Below, piece after piece: positions 1 through 10,436 of a DNA stretch of 64,000 nucleotides. Made by a program: the position numbers and the translations under genes. Below the pieces are notes generated by a model. The model searched no databases, was not told the origin of the DNA, and was given only the letters and a program-made list of their open reading frames with translations. Numbering within the stretch: position 1 is the stretch's first letter; every line of letters begins with the position of its first letter. Source of the stretch: Albugo candida (taxonomy: Eukaryota); NCBI GenBank assembly GCA_040437565.1, contig JBDOQK010000050.1:186001-250000 (forward strand). Reading direction: 5' to 3'.

Positions 1-792
1 TCAGTCAGAATTGCAGAAAAAGAAAGAGGGCTTGAATAACATGTATAGATCGTTCTCCTCAATCAGGAGAATCTCTTCCTGCGAGACGCAGAACATCTTC
101 TCGCATTAATACTTTTCGCTTCAGTATGTTTACTAGCGTCGTAGGAAGCGATTATGCGAGCACAAAAGCACTGTTTGAATCAAGTAAAGATGACAATGTA
201 TTAACCTACTGATGCCCGCAATGCTTCGCGCATTACGAAAGCGCGCGCCAATGACAAACAGACGAATTTCTCACTGCTCTCTAGCAAACTACAGCGCCCA
301 ACACCATTTCAACATACCTGCCCGTAGAGTGAATTCGTATTGCTAACAAGATCGTCCTGCTCCATACGCTACAAGCTATACGCTGAACTCGTAGCGATAT
401 TTAAACGGTGAGGAAATGGAAATGTTCTTTCTCAACCTCGCAGCTTTCTGTGAAGTGATTTTGTCCGATTTGTCTCCTTGTGTCAGGCACTTGCTACCGG
501 TTGCACTCAAAGGAAGACGCGTGATGTGGCGGCGCCAGAAAGAGCTCAGTTGAAGGTGTCTATATTACTAGAATTAGACAAACTGACTTCTCTAGTTGCC
601 TAGGCTATNNNNNNNNNNNNNNNNNNNNNNNNNNNNNNNNNNNNNNNNNNNNNNNNNNNNNNNNNNNNNNNNNNNNNNNNNNNNNNNNNNNNNNNNNNNN
701 NNNNNNNNTTGAAGAAACAATGCATCCGCGCAACGATTGGACAGCTATAAAATCGAATCTAAAAGTACTACATTTCGTATTTCTACATCTTT

Positions 793-810
793 GCTCATTC
801 GAGGATTTGC
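793..810 (+). promoter_or_regulatory. Oomycete Inr+FPR core promoter
   Basis: GCTCATTCGAGGATTTGC fits the oomycete GCTCATTYBNNNWTTY consensus and lies just upstream of the ATG at 814. Confidence 0.7.
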
Positions 811-813
811 ACC

Positions 814-2627
814 ATGCCACCGCTACGACCAGTGAGCATAGTCGCATGGGTTTTCGCATGTCATCTGCGGCCATGTTTTGGTCAGTTGTATCAAAAAGAA
901 TACACGATATCCGCTCATAAAAGTCTGATGGGGAAGAGAGCATTAGAAATAAATTATTTCATCTGCCAGAAATGCATGATAGATGCTGCTGGAGTGGCTG
1001 GCATATGGATGACTCATTTCAGTGACCGTCGGAACTTGGCAGCATTTTCCATCACTGGTACGCTACGCAGCTTCGGACGGGTACACACGTATTGCGAGGC
1101 TTATTGCGATGGTCTGCAAGAGTTACCACCTTCTCCCGGAATGTCTACCTCTGACGAAAATTTGAATCGGCAAGAGCAAAATGCAAATTTAAGAGCAAGC
1201 GACCAATCGAATGGTCGTCTTTTGTGTCTTGCTCAGCCTCAGTGGAGTGTTTCGCTTTCGTGCAGAACTTGTCTGAAAGAAACGAGTGAATCCGTCAGCT
1301 TCGGTGAATTCTATGTCGTGGCAGGAAAAGACATCCGATACGTCGTTTATGTACTGCACTCTGTGAGGACACGAAAACAAGTTTACGAACCTTGCATAAC
1401 ATTTGGACACTGCGCTGCCTTTAATGAAGAAATATATAGTGAAAAGGTATGCGAGCGAGTTCATGGTTCTCAAGCCTTATGGTACACTGAACCGATAAAG
1501 TCGCTCGAGAAAGCGATTGCCAGTATGAAAGTGTCAAATGATGGACAAATTGAAGAAAGCCCAAATGGACCCGAGTCATATACGCACTTCCAATGCTTCA
1601 AGACGACAAAGCGAACTGACCTACGAAAGTTGCATCAGCTGATCTTAAATTGCATGGAATGCTTGACAAAAAATTTTTTTTGGATTAGTGCATTGTATGA
1701 CACCTGGCTCTACTCGTGATCCAGATGCTCTATTTTTGATCTACTTCCATGAAGAAATGTCGGTAGAGGTATCGTCTTCGCAAATTTGCCGCAATAAATG
1801 TCCAGACTTTGAGCCTGTCGAAACGGAAGAATGCTACAAGAAATATCACTTCGGTTTTGATTGGTCACCAGCTGAAAATCAAATGTCTGTCAATGTGCCT
1901 GAGTTGAGCAGGAAGAATGATCATACGGTAGATGGTACTTTGTGTGTTTTAGCATATTCTAACACCGACATCGGAGCGTGCGGCGCATGCCTCAATTCGC
2001 AATTCAAGAATGAGAAGCACAAGGCAAGAACGCTCAGTAAAATGAATGCCTTGATTCGTATCCACGCCAAAAAAAAAAACCGAACTCGCAAAATGCATGG
2101 GCGATTCTGGAGAGCCTTGCACTGGATTCTTGTTTCCGTCGACTGAAGTATGTAAAGACGAAAAGTTCTATCCAATAACTTCAACACATAGCAGTGAAGA
2201 CGAAAAGGGTTTTTCTATTGTAGCTAACGGCTTTCCAGCCGAAAGCTCGTCACAATCCAATGGCAAAAAGACCCGACTATCAATATTGCCCGACCCTAGT
2301 CGAGTCGTCACTGTTGTGGGGGTTAAATATGTACATAGCAATTGCTTGGCATGTTTGCTCATGTTGTATGAAGTGCTGCTCGTATCAACTGAAGATGAGT
2401 ATCTTTGGATGGTGGAACATGAGGAACCTACCATGAATTGCGATTGTACTTGGGAAAAAACGGGGACAAGACTAGAGAAATTCAAGATGAATCCATTGCG
2501 ACCAGTGGCGGGCTATGGCGCCGAGTTTTGCTCTGACATTGATTTTGCGTCCTTCCACCTGGTTCCTACTATAACGAAGATAGAGGTAGACAGACTTCTG
2601 ATTGCCGCTCATCAAAACCGCGAATAA
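814..2627 (+). CDS. Secreted CCG-class (CxxCxxxxxG) effector candidate, interrupted by two homopolymer frameshifts (~603 aa if repaired)
   Basis: Signal-peptide-like N-terminus MPPLRPVSIVAWVFACHLRPCFG; CQKCMIDAAG at aa 51-60. ORFs 814-1719, 1688-2146 and 2097-2627 join into one frame by removing one base from T8 (1674-1681) and one from A11 (2069-2079). Confidence 0.75.
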
Positions 2628-3521
2628 AGGATCGGAGTGTTCAAGCGATTGCAACAATCATGTTCACTAGCACCGTAGAAATCGATCAGGTCTTATAATA
2701 GCGCTGCTTGATTTAGGTCAAGGTGACACGTCCTTGCTTAAGAAATATCTTGAATTGCCTAACTTTCTGTAATGGAGCCTAGCACGAAAGTGTTGACTAT
2801 AGACATACGCATCAAATGACGACTAGACGATCAGGAGATGAACGAGAACTGGGCAATAAATCACAGTCTCAGTCATGCAGCTAATGTCGCTTAAGTGAAT
2901 CAGTGAGAATCAATCACAAAGATGTGCCTATACGCGAGCATCAACACGTGCTATTTGGGCGGCTACTCTATCGACGCGACTCGATAGACATAGAACGAGC
3001 CCAGCTACTAATTGCACTTCGACTATAAGCACATGCGCACAATTAACGTGTCCATCTGACAGCGGCATTCTGTAAAATCTGACTTCGCCTCAGCGTTTGA
3101 GGTTTCCTGAGAGCTGAGACTGCTGATAGACAATTACGTTGACGCTGCAAAAGTACAATGAACGCGTTCTAATTCATGCTGCACAACTCACTCCCCATAG
3201 CCGCATTTACATTCTGACAACTCTCACGCAACATTCTAGAAAATCAATGAAGAAAATATGAGCAAGAAAAGATCGGAAACACTGATCGCGTTTCACCCAC
3301 GTGGAGCTCACTGTCTTTTTTAAAAATTCGTCGACTTGATATGTTGCAAACTGCATCTGAGAGACGTCACAGAACGCTCCATTGAATTTTCTACTTTGCA
3401 ATCAAAATCTACTTTTGACAATTAAAACTGATAGCATACGTTTCACCCGTACACGGCCAAATTTAGCCATAAATCATCCAGTGGAATCATCTCTTTCATC
3501 TGCGTCATTAATTTTTCGACA

Positions 3522-5907
3522 ATGGACGCGAAACGCGCTCTTATTGCAGCCAATGAGCTGTTGGCTTCCGACGACATTATCGTTTCTGCAGGCGACCTTA
3601 ATGCATTAGCAAAGCCCCAAAGCGACAAGAAGAGTATTAAGCAAGACCGTCAGCCGCAAGCCGAAGAAGATGAAGACCGCACCGACAATCAAGAAGATGA
3701 GAGTTTCTTCTGCAACGAGTCCAATCAAGAGAAGACGACATTACTGAATGCTTCCAGAGCTTTTTCTGATGACTCTGACTCTTGTACACGCAGTTGGAAA
3801 GGTTTTTCATGGATTAGTGTGGGTGTACGTGCCTTAACACGCAAGAATAGACACAGAGTGCACCCCACTGGATCCTCTAAAGCTTCAAAANNNNNNNNNN
3901 NNNNNNNNNNNNNNNNNNNNNNNNNNNNNNNNNNNNNNNNNNNNNNNNNNNNNNNNNNNNNNNNNNNNNNNNNNNNNNNNNNNNNNNNNNTTGGCTTCCG
4001 ACGACATTATCGTTTCTGCAGGCGACCTTAATGCATTAGCAAAGCCCCAAAGCGACAAGAAGAGTATTAAGCAAGACCGTCAGCCGCAAGCCGAAGAAGA
4101 TGAAGACCGCACCGACAATCAAGAAGATGAGAGTTTCTTCTGCAACGAGTCCAATCAAGAGAAGACGACATTACTGAATGCTTCCAGAGCTTTTTCTGAT
4201 GACTCTGACTCTTGTACACGCAGTTGGAAAGGTTTTTCATGGATTAGTGTGGGTGTACGTGCCTTAACACGCAAGAATAGACACAGAGTGCACCCCACTG
4301 GATCCTCTAAAGCTTCAAAAGGACAAAAACAGCAGGATCGGCAAGTGGGAAGCTTATATCTGTATGTAAGCGTTCTACTAGTCCTTTTATCTGGGTCACA
4401 ATTGGGTTGGGAAATCACGCAACTCAATTTGAGCACATTTCATAGTCAAGATGATTGTGCACGAAGACCTATTCAAGATGGGAAATGCATCATATTTCCC
4501 GGTCATTCGAGTTTCCAGTGGGTTTTAGCGGTTGTTGCTTGGGTTGTAGGGGCAGCGTTCGGGTCGTTGAGCGCATCCAGTCCAGCTGATCGATTTGGAA
4601 GGAAGTTTGTTATATATGCTAATGCCATCCTGATGATTCTTGGGGCTGCCTTGCAGACATTTGCGCCAGCTATCTCAGTTTTCTCACTCGGTCGATTCAT
4701 TTCTGGATTGTGTTCCGGTTCCGCGACGACCATCGCGTCCATATTCCTGGCTGAAATTGGACCAGAACATCAACGTGCTAGTTTTGTGGTAGCGTTCCAA
4801 GTTGCTGGATCACTCGGACTGGTTGCTATCACATCAGCTCATTTTGCTGTTTCCGGCTCATCAACATCGTGGCGATGGATTATGATGGTGCCAATGTGTA
4901 TCGGTGGGATTCAGCTTTTGTGTATGCCAATCTTCCTAATCGAAAGCCCGACGTGGCTATTACAAAAACACAAATATCAACAAGCTGCAATTGCGTATCA
5001 AAAGCTGTACCGAGGAGGATCTTTTGAACAACTTCAAGCACAAGTACGAGCAAAACAGGAGGCTTCACGGCAGGCCGAATCGTCTCGTCCGTCAGGTCAA
5101 ATGAACACCTTACAATCACTGGCGGCGTTTTTTAGAGAGAGCACATTAACTGGGAATCGTGCCCAGTTTTACCTTTCGATTCTTCTTTGTATTGCTCGGC
5201 AATTTGGTGGAGTTTCAGCCGTCTTCTACTACTCCTCCAGCATCTTTACACGAGCTGGAATCTCAGATCCGCGAGTTGGCAATCTGATTCTTTCAAGTTT
5301 TAACGTCACGACTGTCTTTACGGTTTGTACGTTTATGAAGCACATACCACGACGAAAAGCTCTTTTGTTTGGAATCTCGGGCATGATTTTCGCATCCATT
5401 GGTATGACATTGGCTCTCATCCGTCAAAGTATGCTGGCCATTGCGTTCACCGCAATGTATGTCACCTGCAATTCCATGTCACTTGGGACGCTACCGTTTC
5501 TCGTGAGTGCAGAGATCTTACCGGAACATATTCGATGCAAAGGACTCAGTATTTCTTCGTGTGTGAATTGGCTGGCAAATTTATGCATTGGAATTGCTTT
5601 TCCCAGCATTGCTCAAGCACTTGGAAACTTTGCATTCACACCATTCACTATTCTTTTGGTCTTTTTCTGGCTAGCTTTGTATTCCTTCCTTCCAGAAACC
5701 AAAGGCAGAACCAGTGAGGAGATTCAGCTTGATTTTGTAGAGTCAAAAAGATCATTTTTTTGCAACCCGAAACAGGTCGGCTCCGTCTTTGATACGAAAC
5801 GGGAAGGAGCGCCTGGAAGTCTTTTTGCTAAACAAGCCGCACGACTACGTAGAGCGAGTATGGAGATGATACAGATAGCGATTCCGAGCATCAGTCAAAG
5901 TGCGTGA
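3522..5907 (+). CDS. MFS sugar porter (GLUT-like) transporter, ~651 aa after collapsing the gap duplication
   Basis: DRFGRK, ESPTWL, QFGGVSAVFYYS and LPETKGRT sugar-porter motifs with many TM segments; 3561-3890 is repeated at 3991-4320 across the N gap, so the start is 3522. Confidence 0.92.
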
Positions 5908-5970
5908 GAACAGCAGCGCTTGTTACGTCGGGTTGTATGGTTTTGATTATATATACATAGCGGCAGATGC

Positions 5971-7138
5971 CTACTTTTCAGCCGATATGGACGCAAAGCC
6001 GCTGACACTGCCCGTTTTGAATGGTCTGAGAATGACAGAAGCGAAGCCAATTCGTATCAACGTATTCTGAATGTTCTCGAAAAAAGATCGAGCTTGGGCA
6101 AGGATGGTTTGATCCACTTCTACACTCGTTGGATTGACACTGCGCTCTATTTCGTGTACGGGTACGTACCCACCGCTGCTCGATTTTTGGTCAGAAACCG
6201 AACCCGAAGGTTTACGGATTCAGGAAGTGCTAGTAATTGTCGAATATATGCTTCTGCTTTTTCGACTCGTTTCAGATGGTCCTGTGCCCAACACAGCGTG
6301 AGATGATGTCCTACATCTGAAGACTATGATTTACTTTTGTAGCTTCTACTCCATAAGCGAGTCTTGAGCGCAGACAAGGAGATGCAGCCACATTCCAATT
6401 CGACAATCCAATAAACCTCGCAATCTCTCGCACTTGTGCTTTTGATAAGTTGTCCAATGGACTCACCACATCAAACTCATCGGCCGCGACTAATCCTGTG
6501 GGTGCATTGGATCGAATTGACTAAAGATCGCTCTTCTAAACGCTCATAGCCAGTACCTAGTCGCGTTGGATCCACTCGGTCGTCGGCGTTTGTGCCGTTG
6601 TATATTGTCGCTTTTATTTTGCTGAAAGATCCGATCGCTTCAGAGCTCTATGATGCCGGCTTTGAAAATCAAATAAATGGACTGTTGGAAATATGCTTTA
6701 CCATCATGGCTGTTTTTGTAAATAATGAAATATGATGCATCGTCGTGTAGAGATTGGTTTTGCAGTGGTAGCAACTAAAGGGTCTGTTTACATTTCAGAC
6801 ACAGCTATGTGCAGTGTACGCAACCTTCTTCCTCGATTCTCGACGTAATTGTTATCTTCACCTTCTGTGGTGTTACATTCCACCAATTGGATTCCAATTT
6901 CATTCGCTATTGTACGTGCTCGTTCGACTTGATCTATTGACACAGCTGGCGAGATGCCCAGGACTGCAGCGCTCTCTAATGGGAACACACGGTGTACAAG
7001 AGACGCTACAAGCGAAGAGTCGACACCTCCGGAGAAGGCAACAATACTCGGAAGTGAGCTACATTGATTTGATTGTATCTTTCGCATGTTTGCATGACGA
7101 ATACGATGCAGTAAAGCATCGATTCTTGCCGATGTCAT
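5971..7138 (-). CDS. larE: LarE-like PP-loop ATP-dependent sulfurtransferase, 299 aa, 6 exons
   Basis: Exons 7138-6825, 6774-6702, 6647-6557, 6495-6335, 6281-6170, 6119-5971, all GT-AG and phase-consistent (900 nt). Motifs AFSGGVDSS, CYHCK, NGTNADD, SPL..LSKAQVREIA, ASPCLRSR..YG, RVEKAE, NLRVR, PFKTGSV. Confidence 0.88.
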
Positions 7139-7295
7139 GACGGTAAGTACGACGCATTTAATATAAAGGTTCGTCTGGTGCGGTTTATAATGAGCTCGTG
7201 ATCACTGAACCGTAGAGCCATTCAAAGGAGTGCTCTTGATTGGCTTGGAGGCAGCGGATATTCCTTGTTCCCGACACTTTTTACACGCAGAAAAT

Positions 7296-7891
7296 ATGGG
7301 CATGTATGTAGTCGCTGATAATCCACTAAAGGTATCTGATTGATTTATGACAGCATTAAGAATGGAAAAGTAGTAGTATTGCTAAATGGCCGCTTTGCTG
7401 GGCGTAAAGCCATTGTCGTGAAAGCGTTTGATGAAGGCGTTGGCGATAGAAAGTATGGGTTTGCGATTGGTACGTCCTTGTTCTCCCCAAGTACGAAAAT
7501 AGGCTTATTCGTGTCCGCATAGTTGCCGGTATCGATCGGTACCCTCGCAAAGTAACACGATCTATGGGCAAGAACAAGATTAAGAAGAAGTCGAAAATCA
7601 AGCCTTTCGTGAAATACGTGAACTACAACCATATGATGCCGACACGATACATTGTAGACATTGATCTGAAAAAGGTCTTGGATGACGATGTCATGTCTAA
7701 ACCGGAATCTCGTGTGGAAACCCGCAAGACGATTAAAAAAGTCTTTGAAGAACGGTATGTCAGTACATTCATTCTGCAGACCGTATTCTAAATGTATTGG
7801 TGTCAATCACAGGTACTTGAACCAAGCGGATTGCTCGTCTGAGAAGAAGGCAACTGGTGTTAGCTTCTTCTTCAAGAAACTCAGGTTTTAG
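7296..7891 (+). CDS. RPL27: 60S ribosomal protein eL27, 4 exons
   Basis: Exons 7296-7303, 7354-7469, 7523-7754, 7813-7891; [56 protein letters not shown]. Confidence 0.97.
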
Positions 7892-8271
7892 GCACAAACT
7901 AACAGCATTTCTTGATAATATCCGCGCCTTGAATGAATTGATCGAAAATGTGACTCTGCATCTGNNNNNNNNNNNNNNNNNNNNNNNNNNNNNNNNNNNN
8001 NNNNNNNNNNNNNNNNNNNNNNNNNNNNNNNNNNNNNNNNNNNNNNNNNNNNNNNNNNNNNNNNGAATTGATCGAAAATGTGACTCTGCATCTGTATACT
8101 ATACGTCCATTCCTTCAAACTATACACATACACACAAAGGCACTCAACCAGCGTCTTTCGTGACCGTTACGCAACTGCCAACAGCACTTGCAATTCACGA
8201 CATAAACCGCTCTTTCAAAAGCGTCGCAACATGACCGTTTCCGTGGATAGTGACTCATAACTAAGTCTTCA

Positions 8272-10137
8272 ATGTCAATGTCGCTCATGCACGTGCGAGT
8301 ACACGTGTTGGTGTGTAGTCTACTATTATTTGCCAATGGCATTTCAGCGCTGACGTTGGACCACTTGACTTGGAACCTCACATCCGATACATTTTTCTTA
8401 ACACAGCCGCTCTTTGATATTGGTAGAATTGTGATCAGTGACGTGTTTCCGGAGCCGTCCATTCCACCCAAACAGCTTTGGGAAATCGCTAAGCAATATA
8501 CACCCAATTCGCGTGGATTCGTGTTGCCGCTCTTTGATGGAAATTCGCATTTAGGCTTCTCGCTACTTATCGATTTCGAGCGTAAATTCGGCCTCAAGAT
8601 ACCTGTGGAAGTACCGCATTGTGGAGACTTGGAGATTGAAATTCAGGAGCAATTGAAAGTACGATTTCCTTCTATACGTATATTTGATGTGTGCGATCTC
8701 GCAGCTTTGGCTGAATACAATGGCCAGAAAATATTTTGTCAGAATGTGAATCATTGTCATGAGATATTTCGCTCGTTTCTGATTGGTGTGCTGGCGGTTG
8801 TGTACTCCACATTTGATGAAATAATGCTTCTAGACGCAGATACGCAGTATTTTACCGACCCCACAGAGACCTGGGAGCTGGAGGATGTGAAGCAAACTGG
8901 GGTGTTGTTATTCCGCGATCGAGTCGTTGAACCGTATAAATTCCTATTAGAGCCGACCGAGGAAGAGCATCAAGGATTGCGTCGGCTTCATCGATTCTTG
9001 GGAGCATTTGATCCACGTCCTTATCGTTTTCTCGGTCATGTCGCCAGTGAGCCTGCACCTGACGAATGGGTCGCTACTATGTCATCAGAATCTTTTCGCC
9101 ACTACAAACCATCCAAATTGGCGATGACAACACATGCTTGGAATTTCCTATCAGGCCATAATATCGATTCCTCGTTCGTTTTATGGAGCAAAGGAAAACA
9201 ATCACGAGCAACGACAATTCTCGCTTCTTTTGTTTCGTTGAATGGAGTTCCATCTCCACCTTCTTATGGCGATAAAGAGTTATTTTTCTTTGCATGTGAG
9301 CTCGCAGAAACCTCGTATGCGGTTTCCAAGTACGGAGCTGGAAGTATCACAAGCAATGAGCCCATACTGAACAATACTGCGCTTTGTGGAGATGCACTTC
9401 ACTTTCTACCCATTCGTCAGCCGTCACAAAATTGGTCACTTTCCGCGAACGATGGCGTCCCATTCTACACAAATGGCGATTATATCAGCAGCTGGGATCC
9501 CGAACACGATAAGCTGTTCCATACAATGTCAACGCCAGCAAACTTCCATCTAAACGTATTGAAGCGCTCTAAAACGCATGTCGGATGTCTACAGCGTCGC
9601 GTGGTTGTAAACGCATCCGAAGCAATGCGAAATGCCATTTCAGAGCNNNNNNNNNNNNNNNNNNNNNNNNNNNNNNNNNNNNNNNNNNNNNNNNNNNNNN
9701 NNNNNNNNNNNNNNNNNNNNNNNNNNNNNNNNNNNNNNNNNNNNNNCGCAGAAACCTCGTATGCGGTTTCCAAGTACGGAGCTGGAAGTATCACAAGCAA
9801 TGAGCCCATACTCAACAATACTGCGCTTTGTGGAGATGCACTTCACTTTCTACCCATTCGTCAGCCGTCACAAAATTGGTCACTTTCCGCGAACGATGGC
9901 GTCCCATTCTACACAAATGGCGATTATATCAGCAGCTGGGATCCCGAACACGATAAGCTGTTCCATACAATGTCAACGCCAGCAAACTTCCATCTAAACG
10001 TATTGAAGCGCTCTAAAACGCATGTCGGATGTCTACAGCGTCGCGTGGTTGTAAACGCATCCGAAGCAATGCGAAATGCCATTTCAGAGCGAATAAAAGC
10101 TCTGCGAGAGCTTCAGTTTGGATTTATTGGACGCTGA
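8272..10137 (+). CDS. Putative alpha-mannosyltransferase (GT71-like), ~473 aa after collapsing the duplication
   Basis: N-terminal hydrophobic leader, FDEIMLLDAD (DxD), TGVLLFRDR, IDSS, YGDKELFF; 9303-9646 repeated at 9747-10090. Confidence 0.82.
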   Translation: MSMSLMHVRVHVLVCSLLLFANGISALTLDHLTWNLTSDTFFLTQPLFDIGRIVISDVFPEPSIPPKQLWEIAKQYTPNSRGFVLPLFDGNSHLGFSLLIDFERKFGLKIPVEVPHCGDLEIEIQEQLKVRFPSIRIFDVCDLAALAEYNGQKIFCQNVNHCHEIFRSFLIGVLAVVYSTFDEIMLLDADTQYFTDPTETWELEDVKQTGVLLFRDRVVEPYKFLLEPTEEEHQGLRRLHRFLGAFDPRPYRFLGHVASEPAPDEWVATMSSESFRHYKPSKLAMTTHAWNFLSGHNIDSSFVLWSKGKQSRATTILASFVSLNGVPSPPSYGDKELFFFACELAETSYAVSKYGAGSITSNEPILNNTALCGDALHFLPIRQPSQNWSLSANDGVPFYTNGDYISSWDPEHDKLFHTMSTPANFHLNVLKRSKTHVGCLQRRVVVNASEAMRNAISEXXXXXXXXXXXXXXXXXXXXXXXXXXXXXXXXXXAETSYAVSKYGAGSITSNEPILNNTALCGDALHFLPIRQPSQNWSLSANDGVPFYTNGDYISSWDPEHDKLFHTMSTPANFHLNVLKRSKTHVGCLQRRVVVNASEAMRNAISERIKALRELQFGFIGR

Positions 10138-10436
10138 CTGTCACAGACGCTGCAATTTTGGGTGCGTTTGTTGAAAGCTTTTTACGCGATGAGAAAGTCG
10201 AGGATGTTACCCTTCTTTTAGGGAAGGGGATCCGCATGTATTGCAATGCTTATTGTCGGTGTAAAGAGGTCTATAGCGTGTAAAACATGAAAACAATAAG
10301 CGCATTTTGGCGGCGAAACGATTTTTTGTCTCTTGCAATGGATCTTTACATCGCTTTCTGATTGGTGGATCCTTCAAATAGGATGATTTGATTCGCTGAT
10401 AATCGCCTAACTGGCACGACGATCGAAATCTTTGCA

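Noticed and set aside
2967-2990. Short inverted repeat TCTATCGA-N6-TCGATAGA (also TACTGCGTC...GACGCAGTA near 34018-34053)
   Set aside because: Stems of 8-9 bp are expected by chance in 64 kb; no RNA-gene or MITE context.
3561-4320. Apparent tandem duplication of the transporter 5' end (similar cases at 24178, 27207, 30321, 36256, 52532, 58862)
   Set aside because: Each is an essentially exact copy on both sides of a 100-N gap, and collapsing restores the reading frames; assembly overlap, not biology.
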